A stretch of 63,133 nt of DNA, counting the filler, from Chiloscyllium plagiosum (lineage: Eukaryota), in NCBI RefSeq assembly GCF_004010195.1. It is 5 parts of one record of this genome, joined end to end, with 100 filler letters (N's around TTAATTAATTAA, not from the genome) between each part and the next. Parts side by side here need not be neighbours in the genome. Positions count along the whole stretch, not along the records: positions 36,825 to 42,876 come from NC_057711.1; positions 42,977 to 57,835 come from NC_057711.1; 3 more parts are not named here. One strand, 5' to 3'. The translations under genes were made by a program, and so were the position numbers. This document shows, one piece after another, positions 38,661 through 51,800 of the stretch. Within the stretch, counting starts at the first letter, position 1. Every line of letters begins with the position of its first letter. The notes beneath the pieces are model-generated. The model was given only the letters and a program-made list of their open reading frames with translations, ran no database searches and was not told where the DNA came from.

Positions 38661-40493
38661 ATCATGTGAAGTTGCTATCTGAAAGGTGGACTTACGATGA
38701 TGGGTATTTGTCAGTCGGAGTTTCTATCAGTTATTTTGAAAATACCCCTTTTTAATAACTTACGCACATGATCTTGTGTTAATTTTAACACTATGGTGTC
38801 TAGGAAATCAATGCTTTCCTTGCGTTGCGGCATTAAATTTAATGGACACTTGATAATTATCAAGAATATTAATTAATACTTCAAATTCTGTTTCAACATG
38901 AGTCCAAATACTCATATGTTAACACAATGCTAAAGTACAAGCAATGTTACTATGTGATTGCACCATCTGTTCAAAGAGTTAGTGAGAATAAGAAAGCAAC
39001 CCCTGAAAGTCAAAAATTAGCCTCTGAAAAAGTCACAAATTAACCCTTGAGAAAATCTGAAGACGGCCTGTCAAAACAAATTATGCCCTGAGCTCTTTTC
39101 TAGTATTGGAAAATAAAGGATCATTTTTAGATTTTGAAGCCATTTGCCTCTTAACAAAATTTTCTTTTCTATTTTTGCCACTATTGCTGACTTCAATCAT
39201 GTAGCAGTAATTTGAAAACTAGTTTTCTAACAAATTAATAATGTGAGTAGTATTGATTACAGACATCAGTACTAATTTCTTCTTGTATTTCGAGACCTAC
39301 AAATTTTCTGAAATGGCATGTGTCAAAATGACTTAATGTTTTAGGTGCACACATAAAGTTTGGTTTATTCAAAGTTTGCAGTTCAAATCTTTAAGACAGC
39401 TCTTGACAACATTGACATTAAAATTTCAGAACATTGCAGAAACAACAATATTAATCTTGTATTTTATGCCATGCTAACAGCATGGAGAGAGAAAACGTTT
39501 CCCATCTCACTTATGTTCCTTAGCATTTGAATTTTCCACTCTGGGATAAAGACACCGGCTATTCACCCTATCCATGCCTCTCATAATTTTATATACTTGT
39601 ATCAAGTCACCCTTAGCCTTCAATGCTTCAAAATAATACACATTCATCCAACCTTTCCTTATTCAACCGCCAATTCAGGCAACATCCTGGTAAACGTCTT
39701 TCGCACTGTCTCCACATTCTCCACATCCTTCCTATAGTGTGATGACCAGAACTACACATAACACTACAAATGTGACCTAAATAAAGTCTTAAACTGCTGC
39801 AACCTGATTTGCCAACTTTTATACTCAGTATCCCGACCGATGAAAGCAAGTATGCCGTTTGCCTTCTTTGCTACCTTATCCACTGTATTAAAACTTTAAA
39901 CAATCTATGGACTTCCATGCAAGATCCCTCTGTATATTAGTGCTCCTAAGACTCTAGACTATATATTTTCCTCTTGCATTTGACTTCCCAAAATGCATCA
40001 CCTCACATTTGTCTGGACTACTACAGAGATCCCAGTAGATTAGGTTAGATTAGATTACATTACATTACAGTGTGGAAACAGGCCCTTCGGCCCAACAAGT
40101 CCACACCGACCCGCCGAAGCGCAAACCATCCATACCTGCCGCCCACAAACTTATCTTGTGGGACATCACTGGTCACAGACCTCCAGTCAGAAAAATGCCC
40201 TTCTACAAGTACCTTCTAGCTTCAATGACCAAATCAATTTTGTGTCAACTCACCTTGGATCCCATGTGACTTAATCTTCTGTGCCAGTCTGCCAAGAGGG
40301 ACCTTGTCAAATGTTTTAGTGAAGTCTATGTAGATGACATCCACATCTCTATCTCATGAATCATCTTCATTACGTCATCAAAAAACTCAATCAAATTTAT
40401 GAGACAAAATGTCTTCTGCATAAAGCCATGCTAACTATCCCTAATAAATCTATTTTTCTCCAAAATAGCATAAATTCTGTCTAAGAGTCTTGT

Positions 40494-40813
40494 GGCGGCA
40501 CGGTGGCTCAGTGGTTAGCACTGCTGCCTCACAGCACCAGGGTCCTCGGTTATATTCCAGCCTTGGACAACTGTCTGTGTGGAGTTTGCACATTCTCCCT
40601 GTGTCTGCGTGGGTTTCCTCCGGGTGCTCCGGTTTCCTCCCACAGTCCAAAGATGTGCAGGTCAGGTGAATTGGCCATGCTAAATTGCCAGTAGTGTTAG
40701 ATACATCAGTAAGAGAGAAATGGGTCTGGATGGGTACTCTTCAGAGGGTCGGTGTGGACTGGTTGGGCCGAAGGGCCTGTTTCCACACTGTAGGGAATCT
40801 AATCTAATCTAAT
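40494..40813 (+). mobile_element. HE1 V-SINE
   Basis: Box A TGGCTCAGTGG, V-domain, (AATCT)n tail. Confidence 0.9.
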
Positions 40814-41482
40814 CTTCTCCAATAATTTCCCTAATGCTATTGTAAAGCTCACCAGTCTGTATTTGCTAGATATCCATATTGTCCTTCTTAAACCAGTCTT
40901 CTGGAACCTCACCTGTAGCTAAAGAGGATACAAAGAGAGGATACAAATATCTTGGTCAAGGCCCAGCAATCTCCTCCCTTGCCTTCTTCAGTATTTGGAT
41001 AAATACCATCAGGTCCTGAGGGCTTACTGACCTTAATGTTTTTCAAGACACCCAACACACCCTCCTTCTAGGATAGCGACATACACCTCTGAAATCTTAC
41101 CATCACCCATGTCCCTCTCCTGCTGAATACTGATGCAAAATACTCATTAAGGTCTTCACCCACTTTCTCTGGCTTAATGCATAAATTCCCTCCTTTGTCC
41201 TTCATTGGACCTACCCTTTCTCTAGCTACCCTCTTGCTCCATGTATAAGGTGCCTTGGGATTCTCCTTAATCCTACTTGCCAAGGACATTTCATGGCCCC
41301 TTCTCGCCCTCCAAATTTCTTGTTTAAGTTCTTTTCTACTTCCTCTGTACTCCTCAAGGGCATTGTTTGATTTCAGTTCCCTAAACCTTACACATGGTTC
41401 CTTTTTTTTTGACTAACTTCAAAATATCTCATGTCATCCCAGGTTCCCAAGTTTTGCCATCCTTATCTTTTATTATCACAGT

Positions 41483-41801
41483 GGGCGGCACGGTGGCACA
41501 GTGGTTAGCACTGCTGCCTCACAGCGCCTGAGACCCGGGTTCAATTCCCGCCTCAGGCGACTGACTGTGTGGAGTTTGCACGTTCTCCCCGTGTCTGCGT
41601 GGGTTTCCTCCGGGTGCTCCGGTTTCCTCCCACAGTCCAAAGATGTGCAGGGTCAGGTGAATTGGCCATGCTAAATTGCCCCTAGTGTTAGGTAAGGGGT
41701 AAATGTAGGGGTATGGGTGGGTTTCGCTTTGGCGGGTCGGTGTGGACTTGTTGGGCCGAAGGGCCTGTTTCCACACTGTAATGTAATCTAATCTAATCTA
41801 A
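41483..41801 (+). mobile_element. HE1 V-SINE, young full length
   Basis: Box A TGGCACAGTGG 41494-41504, box B GGTTCAATTCC 41538-41548, CpGs retained, (TCTAA)n tail. Confidence 0.93.
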
Positions 41802-42681
41802 TATGTTGGTCCTGAACTCTGATCAATTGGCCTTTAAAAAACTCTGTCATGTCAGATGTGGATTTGCTCTCAAATAGCCACTCCAACCTAATTTCTCCAG
41901 TTTCTGCTTAATACTGTTGTAATTAACCTTTCCCCGATTTAATACTTTCACTCAGGGGCCAGTTTTGTCCTTATCCATAACTATTTAAAAACTTACAGAA
42001 TTGTGATCACTGTTCTTAAAATGCTTTCCTATTGATGCTTCAATTACCTAATCAAACTCCCCCCTACAAAGTTTAGTATGGTCCCCTACCCTCATTAGAC
42101 TCTATGTGTTGTTTCAAGAAACCCTTCTGCATGCACCAAACAAATTCTGCCCTATCTCAACTCCTGCCACTTAAGGAGTTCTGGTCAATATTGGGGAAGT
42201 TAAAATCACCCATTACAACAACCTTGTTTGTTTTTTGCTTCTTTCTGTGATCTGCTTACATATCTGTTCCTCTATCTTCTGGTGGATATTGGGAGGCCTT
42301 TAGTATAACCTTTCAGAGTGATTGCACCTTTCTTATTCCTGAATTCTATCCATTAGGCCTCACTGGATGAGCCGTCCAACATGTCCTCTCTTAGTACAGC
42401 TATGATATTCTCCTTAATCAGTAATGCAACTCCTCATCCCTTTTACACCCCTCTTCATCTCGCTTGAAACACCTATACCCTGGAATGTTGAGCTGCCCAG
42501 TCCTGCCCTTCTCTCAACCAAGTTTCAGAAATGGCTACAACTTCGTAGTCCCATGTACTTATCTAGGCACTAATCTCATTTGCTTTACCTGTTTTAGTCC
42601 TTGCATTAAAATAAACCTCCAGTCCCCACTGTATTTGTTAAACTGGTTCCGTCCTTTCTATTAGACTTACTTGACTTAACA

Positions 42682-42876
42682 GGAGAAAGTAAGGACTGCA
42701 GATGCTGGAGATCAGAGCTGAAAATGTGTTGCTGGAAAAGCGCAGCAGGTCAGGCAGCATCCAGGGAACAGGAGAATCGACGTTTCGGGCATAAGCCCTT
42801 CTTCAGGAATGAGGAAAGTTTGTCCAGCACTCCACACACATCATCTATTGCATCCTCTGCACCCGATGTGGCCTCC
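42682..42876. mobile_element. PLE inverted terminus with hammerhead (42777-42809, minus) joined to a GIY-YIG fragment
   Basis: Minus strand CTGAAGA-A-GGGC-TTAT-GCCC-GAAA-CG-TC; plus strand HIIYCILCTRCGL. Confidence 0.8.
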
Positions 42877-43069
42877 NNNNNNNNNNNNNNNNNNNNNNNN
42901 NNNNNNNNNNNNNNNNNNNNTTAATTAATTAANNNNNNNNNNNNNNNNNNNNNNNNNNNNNNNNNNNNNNNNNNNNCATCTTTCCGATAGGAAGGAGACC
43001 AGAATTGCATGCAATATTTCAACAGTGGCTTAACCAATGTCCTGTACAGCCGCAATACGACCTCCCAAC

Positions 43070-43345
43070 TCCTAGACCACACCTCCTCCCACCCTGCCCC
43101 CTGTAAAAACGCCATCCCATATTTCCAATTCCTTTGTCTCCGCCGCAGCTGCTCCCAGTTCCAATACCGTACAACCCAGATGGCCTTCTTCAAAGGCCGC
43201 AATTTCCTCCCAGACGTGATCGATGATGTCCTCCACCGCATCTCCTCCACTTCCCGCTCCTCCGCCCTTGAGCCCCGCCCCTCCAACCGCCACCAGGACA
43301 GAACCCCACTGGTCCTCACCTACCACCCCACCAACTTCCATATAC
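43070..43345 (+). mobile_element. PLE RT thumb/linker fragment
   Basis: LDHTSSHPAPCKNAIPYFQFLCLRRSCS..TPLVLTYHP. Confidence 0.8.
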
Positions 43346-45178
43346 AGATACCCGAGGATTATCTGGGAAGCTATGGAGGAGATAACAGAGTCTTTGCCTT
43401 TGATATTTGAGTCATCATTGTCTACAGGTTTAGTACCTGAGGACTGGGGCATTGCAAATGTTATGCCCTTGTTAAAGAAGGGCAGCAGAGATGACCCAGG
43501 TAATTATAGACCAGTGAGCCTTACTTCTGTTGTAGGAAAGGTTTTGGAAAGGATTATAACAGATAAGATTTATAATCATCTAGCAAGCAACAATTTGAAT
43601 TCAGATAGTCAACATGGTTTTTCTTAAGGGCAGGTCATGTCTCACAAACCTCTGAGTTTTTTGAGAAGGTGACCAAGCATGTAGATGAGGGTAGGGCAGT
43701 TGATGTGGTATACATGGACTTCAGAAAAAGCCTTTGATAAGGTTCCACATGGTAGGCTGATGGAGAAAATGCAGAGGCATGAAATTGTGGGTGATTTAGC
43801 AATTTGGATTAGAAACTGGCTTTCCGAAAGAAGACAGCGAGTGGTGGTTGATGGAAAATATTCAGTCTGGAGTCCAGTTACTAGTGGTGTGCCACAGGGA
43901 TCTGTTTTCGGACCACTGCCGTTTGTCATTTTTATAAATGACTTAGACGCAGGCACAGGTGGATGGATTAGTAAATTTGCACACGACTAAAGTCAGCGGA
44001 GTAGTGGACAGTTTGGAATAATGTTACAGATTGCGGGGGACTTGGATAAACTGTAGAATTGGGCTGAGAGGTGGCAAATGGAGTTCAATGCAGCTAAATG
44101 TGAGATGATGCACTTTGGGAAGAATAACAGGAAGGCAGAGTACTGGGTCAGTGGAAAGACTCTTGGTAGTGTGGATATGCAGAGGGATCTTGGAGTCCAT
44201 GTGTACAGATCTCAAAGTTGCCACCCAGGTGGATAGTGCTGTTAAGAAGGCATCCGCTGTTAGGTTTCATTTGTAGAGGGGTTGAGTTCCGGAATCGCAA
44301 TATAATGCTACAACTATACAAAATGCTGGTGCGACCACACTTGGAATATTGTGTACAGTTCTGGTTGCCCCATTACAGGAAGGACGTGGAAGCATTGGAA
44401 AAGGTGCAGAGGACACTTACCAGGATGTTACCTGGTCTGGAGGGAAGGTCTTATGAGGAAAGGCTGAGAGACGTGGGTGTGTTCTCATTGGAAAGAAGGA
44501 GGCTAAGGGGGGATTTGATCGAGACATACAAGATGATCAGACGATTAGATAGGGTAGACAGTGAAAGACGTTTTCCTGTGATAATGACGTCAGCTTGTAC
44601 AAGAGGGCATAACTACAAATTGAGGGGTGATAGATTTAAGACAGATATCATCTTTACGCAGAGTGGTAAGGGCATGGAATGCCCTTCCTGCTAATGTAGT
44701 CAACTCAGCCACATTAGGGAGATTTAAACAATCCTTAGATAAGCACATGGATGATTTTGGGATAGTGTAGGGGGACGAGCTGAGAATAGTTCACAGGCCA
44801 GTGCAACATCGAGGGCCGAAGGACCTGTTCTGCGCTGTATTGTTCTATGAGGGGCTTGGATAGGGTAAATAGGCAATGTCTTTTTCCTGAGGTCGGAGAG
44901 TCCAGAACTAGAAGACATAGGTTTCGGGCGAGAGGGGAAAGATATAAAGAGACCTACCGGGCAACTTTTTCACAGTTGTACATGTATGGAGTGAGCTGCC
45001 AGAGGAAGTGGTGGAGGCTGGTACAATTGCAACATTTAAGAGGCATTTGGATGGCTACATGAATAGTAAGAGTTTGGAGGGATATGGGCCAGGTGCTGGC
45101 AGGTGGGACAGATTGGGTTGTTATGGACGGGTTGGACCGAAGGATCTGTTTCCATACTGTACATCTCTATGACTCTAT
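43346..45178 (+). mobile_element. Two abutting CR1 3' portions (43346-44846 and 44847-45178)
   Basis: [29 protein letters not shown], two separate 3' UTRs. Confidence 0.9.
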
Positions 45179-45779
45179 GTGCAGGTTAGGTGAATTGGCC
45201 ATGCTAAATTGCCTGTTTTACAAATAATAGTTTAAATTCTTCAATCGCGTTAAAGCTATTTTGCATTGGAGAAACACACGTTATAGCAGAACTGACTGTA
45301 TCTCAGCTTCAGAGCTTCCATTGCAACTTAAGCAGAAGCTAATATCTGCATGCTAAGGTGGGAGCTCATGCTGAGATTATCAAGCCTCAAATTGCTAACA
45401 TATGGTTTGAATCTGCTGCCATCACTGATGCAGATATTACTGTTCAGATTGTTTTCGAACAGATTACAAATATTGCTGAAGCACCTTACCTTTGCTCTGA
45501 ATATGGCTCTATTCATGTTCTCAACACTGTCTTTCCACTCATATTCTTGCATATCAGCACAGATGCTACTGCCTAGCCAAAGTAGTGCAATCCAAAATGA
45601 CCAGATCTACTTGAGACTGTCCTGCAAAGCCATCTGCAGCATCACTCACAGAGTCGGCAGCTCCTAATAGCTTTCCTGCTGGAGCCACTTTAATAGCATT
45701 GAACAAAAGCACTAAATTAACCAAAGGCGCTAATGGGAAGTAGAAGAGTGATCACTTGTGGGTTTTTTTTAAACTCTCC

Positions 45780-46140
45780 ATGTGGATATATGGAATGCTC
45801 TGCCCCAGAAGGCAGTGGAGGTCAAGTCTCTGGATACTTTCAAGAAAGAGATGGATAGAGCTCTTAGAGATATTGGAATCAAGGGTTATGGGGATAAGGC
45901 AGGAATAGGAAACTGATTGTGGATGATCAGCCATGATCATAATGAATAATGCTGCTGGCTAGAAGGACCGAATGACCTACTCCTGCACCTATTGTCTATT
46001 GTTCTGGATGTAGGTTTGCTCGCTGAGCTGGAAGGTTCATTTCCAAATGTTTTGTCACCCTACTGGGTAACATCTTCAGTGGGCTTCGCCTGAGCTGCAA
46101 ATTTTCTCAAAACTCACTAATTGTCTATTGTCTATGTTCT
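45780..46140 (+). mobile_element. CR1 3' end with a PLE terminal fragment (~46002-46120) inside its tail repeat
   Basis: ATTGTCTATTGT on both sides; minus strand CTGAAGA-T-GTTACCC-AGTA-GGGTGAC-AAAA decayed hammerhead. Confidence 0.7.
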
Positions 46141-49100
46141 ACTGAATAAAACTGGCATTGAATGGCTGTTTTGAGATGCTTTTTATTTCAGGCAAAAGTG
46201 GTTGGCAGAAATAAAAGGATTAAGTGGGGTAGGTTAGATAATGTGGGATGGTTTAATGATGTGTATCTGTAATTGCACTTACAGAAACTGAAGTCAAATT
46301 AAAACTCAGGGACAGCCTACACAGCAAGTAAATGTACTGGTTGACTCCTCCCTATCTGCTCATCTTCTTCCTGAAATGATCATCAAACCAGTGGTAGAAA
46401 ATAATTTGTATTGTGATGGTTGGGATCTAGGGAGTTCAGCTGGCATTGTTCCAATAAATGCTACAGGATCCCTTTAGTGCCTTTGAGACAGTGAGAATTT
46501 GTTTCATCATTCCAGTCATCTCAATGATGTTTCTTGTGTCAGCATTTGTCCTATGTTGGCCAGTGTAATTGGTTTGCAAATAAAAGTGGTACAGTATCCC
46601 ACTGTTGGGAATAAATAGTTATATTTAAGGATTATCTGGGGGAGAAAAGATTTTGGACTATCTGGAAAATGTTATTGAAAAACATCTTTACCATGTGAAA
46701 TAAAGTTTTCAGTTTAACATGCACTACCTGCTGCTTTTATGGGAATTAAACAGCCTTTGGGAAACAATTAAGCAAAGCCTTAATTACCTTAATTACAGGG
46801 AAACCTAGCTTTGAGAGCAGTAGGGGCCTCTCTGCTTATTGTTGTCTAGTAACCCTCTCTGGACTTGGAATTCTGTTCCATAGCCCCAAAGATCAGAGTA
46901 CTGAAGTCACCCCAGATGCTGCAAGTAAATATGTGAAATCTGAAGTAGGGGCACTGGACTCAAAATGTTAGCTCTGCTTTCTGTCCACAGATGCTGCCAG
47001 ACCTACTGAGTTTCTCCATAAATTTGTTTCAGGTTTCCAGCATCCCCACTTTTTTGTTTTATTCTCCTGAAATCATGTTCTCAAAATAAGTTACTGGGAA
47101 CCTGATGAGTTCTCAAAAACATTATTTCCGTGTACCTGGAGAAACCTGAAAAACTGGACTTGGCCATGTTTGAAAGTTGATTGCAGTTAGAACTGCACAC
47201 TTACCATTAAACTACAGCTGTCAACAATTTGGCTATTGACAATAGAAAAAGTGAATGTAAGAATCACGTTTTCTGATCCTTTATTCCCATACCACTGGCC
47301 TATGGGGGTTATGTTTTCCCTTTGGCTTTTTATAAAAAAGAAACATCATCTCTGCAGAGTTTTGTCTTTCTGTGTTATGCATCTATATCTGTTTTGGAAT
47401 CAAGGAGATTCGGTTTTCCTTGTGAATCATAGTTGCCACTTACAAGAAAAAGTTTTGTTTACAATAAATTGATTATTTTGAATTCATTAAAGAAGCCTGG
47501 TGGACATTTGGTTTATTCTGGATAGTAGTACAAAAGAGTGAAATTGGCTATTTTGGTGAATGAATGTGACTTGCTTGATCATTAATGCAATCCTCTCATC
47601 ACAGTTGTAAAACTTAGCAAGTACAAATTCAGGGCCATCAGCACTGCCCTTGCCCTAATCATGAAGTAGCAGGGTAATGTGAGCATCTCCTTGTGAATTT
47701 CAGATATTGCAGAGACTAAACACTTGACTTAGGTAGGAAATGTGCTCCTGAAAGAATTAAAAGACATTCCGTGGAAGCTATTTTCTTGGTCATGGCTTCC
47801 CTCCTGGTTAAGAAACCATTTTGCTGAAGTTGCCCTCACCCAGCAGAACAACGGTACTTGGCATGTTAGCTGTGAGAGGTTATCTGTCCATCTTCCGATT
47901 TTTCCTCAGGGGATCAGCCTGCAGGCTCAGGTCAGGACTAAACACTTAACTGAACATGCAATTTAAAGCAATCTTTCCTTTCTTCAGTCTCGCTTCAGGG
48001 GATCAGTCTGCAGACTCAGATCAGGATTACACACTTAACCAATTGTAGCAATTTTGATTAGCCCCACACAACACTCACATATACTTAAACACCAATTTAA
48101 ATGATTGAAGATACTAATTTAGGTTCACGCAGGACTCCGTAATGAAGGGGAAATGCCAACTACACCAATTGTTGAAGAAAATCTAGAGAGACAGACCTTG
48201 AACATAAACCAGTTTATTACACGATGCAGCATGGGGAGACCGCCGTCCCACACTGTGGCTCGGTAAGACTCTAAAGTACCACAGAAATTTACAAGATTAT
48301 GTAGAAAATAAGACACGGGCTGAGACACAGGCTGACTGTTAATCACAAAGTGTCAGCATGGTCCAAGGAAGTACTAAATCAGGGGTCAGCCCTAATTGAT
48401 GCTACACATTCCAGAAGTGGACAGGATTGAAAGTTATCATCTAACATGTTGTTTAAGATCTGTAAGAAATGTAGGACAGATGTCCTTAATTAGAGGAACA
48501 ACACACATTAGCAATATGTCGCAGAGAGAGAGAGAGAAGCTAATTGACAAGAGCAATTCAGCTACACACATCAGCAATACATCAAATCATTGTGAGAGAG
48601 GAACTAGGCTATGTGCGGGAGGCTGCGGGACAGCCTGTCACAGCTAACATGCCAAGTACTATTGTTCTGCTGGGTGAGGGGCACTTCAGCAACATGGTTC
48701 CTTAACTGAGAGGGAAGTCATGACCAAGAAAATGGTTTCCACACCAACGTGGAGAGAACCATTCTCCCCTTAGAATCATGGAATCCCTATAGCAATATAG
48801 ATAAAGGCTATTCGGTTCATCAAGTCGGCACTGACTCTCCGAAGATATTTCATTAATTGCATGTTCAGTTACATGATGATATAAGGCAGAAATTCAAGAA
48901 ACCTAAATAAATATCATCCTCAAATTGAGGGACAGCTGCCACCAGTGATCAGAAATGAGTAGCAGAAATAAGAATACTGTTTTGGTGCTAAACTGTTACT
49001 CACCACACCAAAATCAACGGGCTTTGTAGTAAAATTTTATAGCAATTAATTTACTTAATTTCAATGCCTTCTCACTTACCCTGTATTACTAGTTACTTAG

Positions 49101-49434
49101 TAACTAACTTATTGGTTAATTTATCAGTGCACTACCCTGAAAGAACACGAATGTGGGGTTTATCGAAAGTGGCAGGACTGTCCTTCCCCTTCCTCTGTTC
49201 AGTGATGAACCAAAAGGCTTTTCAATAAAACCAGGCATCTTAACCTTTCAATCCACTCACAAATGTAGGTTCTCTACAAGGGTGTTCATATCAGGATCAA
49301 ATGAAAAGGACAGTCTATTGATGATAAATTGGATGTTTGTAGAGTGCCTGAAATAATAAATTAACTACTGTCCCTACGCAATAGCTGACTCATTAACATG
49401 GATACTCCTCTTTGATTCAGAGATTGTAAACAAT

Positions 49435-51800
49435 AAAACCATAAAATATGGGAGCAGAATCAGGCTATTTGGCCCACCGCTCTGCCATTCGACCATGGCT
49501 GATATGTTTCTCAATCCCATTCTCCTCCCTTCCCCCCCAATAATTTATGATCCCCTTACTAATTTAGAACCTACCTCTGTCTTATATAAACTCAGTGACT
49601 TGGCCTCAACATCCTTCTGCTGCAATGAATCCCACATATTCTTCTGGCTACAGACATTCTTCCTCATCTCAGTTCTAAAGGATTGTACCTTCAATGTAAG
49701 ACTGTGCCCTCAGGTCCTAGTCTATCTTCTCCATGTCCACTCTATTCAGGCCTCTAGTATTATGAGTCCCAATCCTTCTGCAGCCTCCCTGCTTCCTCAA
49801 CACTATGCGTCCCTCCAGCTATCTTTGTTTCACCTGCCAACTTAGCAATGCCCTCTATACTTAACAATCTGGACAAAGAGATCAAGTGAACAGTTGTGGC
49901 CTCAATACTGATCCCTGCAGAACTCGTCACCAGCTGCCATTCTGAAAAAGACACCATTGTCCCTACTCTCTGCCTTCTGCCAGTCAGCCAATCCTCTTTG
50001 CATGCTAGTATCTTGCCCCTAACACCATGAGCTTGTATTTTATTTAACAGCCTCCTGTGTGCCACCTTGTCAAAGGCCTTCTGGGAATCTAAATAGATAA
50101 TGTCCATTGGCTCTCCTTTGTATAACATACTTGTTAATCCTCCAAGAATTCTAACAGATTTGACGAGCATGACCTCCCCTTGATAAAACCTTGCTGATTC
50201 AGCCCTACAATACCAAGCACTTCCAAGCACTCCACAATATCACCCTCAATAATGGAGTCTAAAACCTAACCAGCGACTGAGGTCAGACTAACTGGTCTAT
50301 AATTTTTTGTCTTCTGCCTCCCTCTCTTCTTAAACAGGAATGTTACATTAGCCATTTCCCATGCCTCACACCAATGCCTCCACAATCTCATTAGCTATCT
50401 CCTTCAGAATGCTGGGATATAGTGCATCAAGTTGAGGGGATTTATCTACCTTCAGACATTTCAGTTTCCATAGCACCATCTCCTGAATAAGCGCCCCTCA
50501 ACTGACTCTGCCCTCTGACTATCGAAAATCTGGCATGTGACTGGTGTCTTCTACTATGAAGACTGATGCAAAATACCTCATCAGTTCCTCTACCATTTCT
50601 TTATTTCCTCTTAGCACATCTCCATTCTCATTTTACAGCAGTCCAATGTCCACTCCTTTGAGATATCTAAAAAACTCTTGCAATCTTCTCTTATTTCAAG
50701 GTGACCAAAACTGAACACAATATTCCAAATGCAGCCTCACAAATGTCCTATACAACTACAACATAACTTCCCAACTTGTATACTCAATGCCCTGAAGGAA
50801 AGTATGCCAAAAGCCTGTCTACCTGTGACTCCACTTTCAAAGTACCGTGCACCTGGAATCCAAGATCCCTCTGTTCCACTACACTCCTTAAGGCTGTACC
50901 ATTCAGCATGAAACTCCTACCTTGATTTAATTTTCCAAACGGGGTAAAAACAATGACTGCAGATGCTGGAAGCCAGATTCTGGATTAGAGTGATGCTGGA
51001 AAAGCACACAGTTCAGGCAGTATCCGAGGAGCAGGAAAATCAACATTTCGGCAAAAGCCCTTCATTAGGAATAGATTTTCCAAACTGCAAGACCTCTCAC
51101 TGATCTAGATTAAACTCCATTTGCCATTTCTCGACGCACTTCCCCAGCTGATCACAGTGCTGCAGAAATTTCTGATAACCTTCCTCACTATCCACGATAC
51201 CTCCTATTTTAGTGTCATCTTCAGACTTACTAATCATGCCTTGTACATTCTCATCCAAATCATTGATATAGATAACAAACAGCATCACCATCACCAAACC
51301 CAGAATTGCCTGTTCAAAGAGGGTGCTACTAGAAACTGCTCCAAAAAAAAATCATAAACATTCCACAATTCATTTCCTTAGGATCCATTACCAACCGATT
51401 TTCCCAGTCCATCTGCATATTGGAGATCCCATGATTATTGTAATAGTGCCTTTTATACACGCCTTTTCTATCTCCTAATTCATTTTCTACACCACATTCT
51501 GACTACTGCTAGAGGAGATTTCTGCATAACATTTTTCCTGAGGTTTCTCAACTCTACCCACACATGCACCATGCCTTCCATACCTACATCACTTCTTAAT
51601 ATTTATTTTATTTATTACTAACAAGGTCATATCATCCTCCCATTCCTTTCAATAAGGTGGGTACCCGTAGATATTTAGTTCTCAGCCCCAATCACCTTGC
51701 AACCATGTCACTGTGATGCCCACAACAACGTACCCACCACCTTCAATTTACGCTATAAGCCTCATTTATCTTGTTTTGTATACTGCATGTATTTAAGTAC
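49435..51800 (-). mobile_element. Composite decayed CR1 fragments
   Basis: YLDSQKAFDKVAHRRLL; LFVIYINDLDENV; APE remnants near 51400. Confidence 0.8.
50941..51074 (-). mobile_element. 134-bp PLE terminal insertion with decayed hammerhead
   Basis: TSD ATTTTCCAAAC at 50930-50940 and 51075-51085; minus strand CTAATGA-A-GGGC-TTTT-GCC-GAAA-TG-TT. Confidence 0.8.

Larger units (their letters stand above)
39520..42660 (-). mobile_element. Long decayed CR1 ORF2 with SINE insertions
   Basis: APE GDFNFPNID ~42190-42210; LASRIKENPKA; RT remnants down to 39600. Confidence 0.8.

Noticed and set aside
41483..41560. tRNA gene
   Set aside because: The A/B boxes run into a V-domain and LINE-derived tail; this is a SINE head
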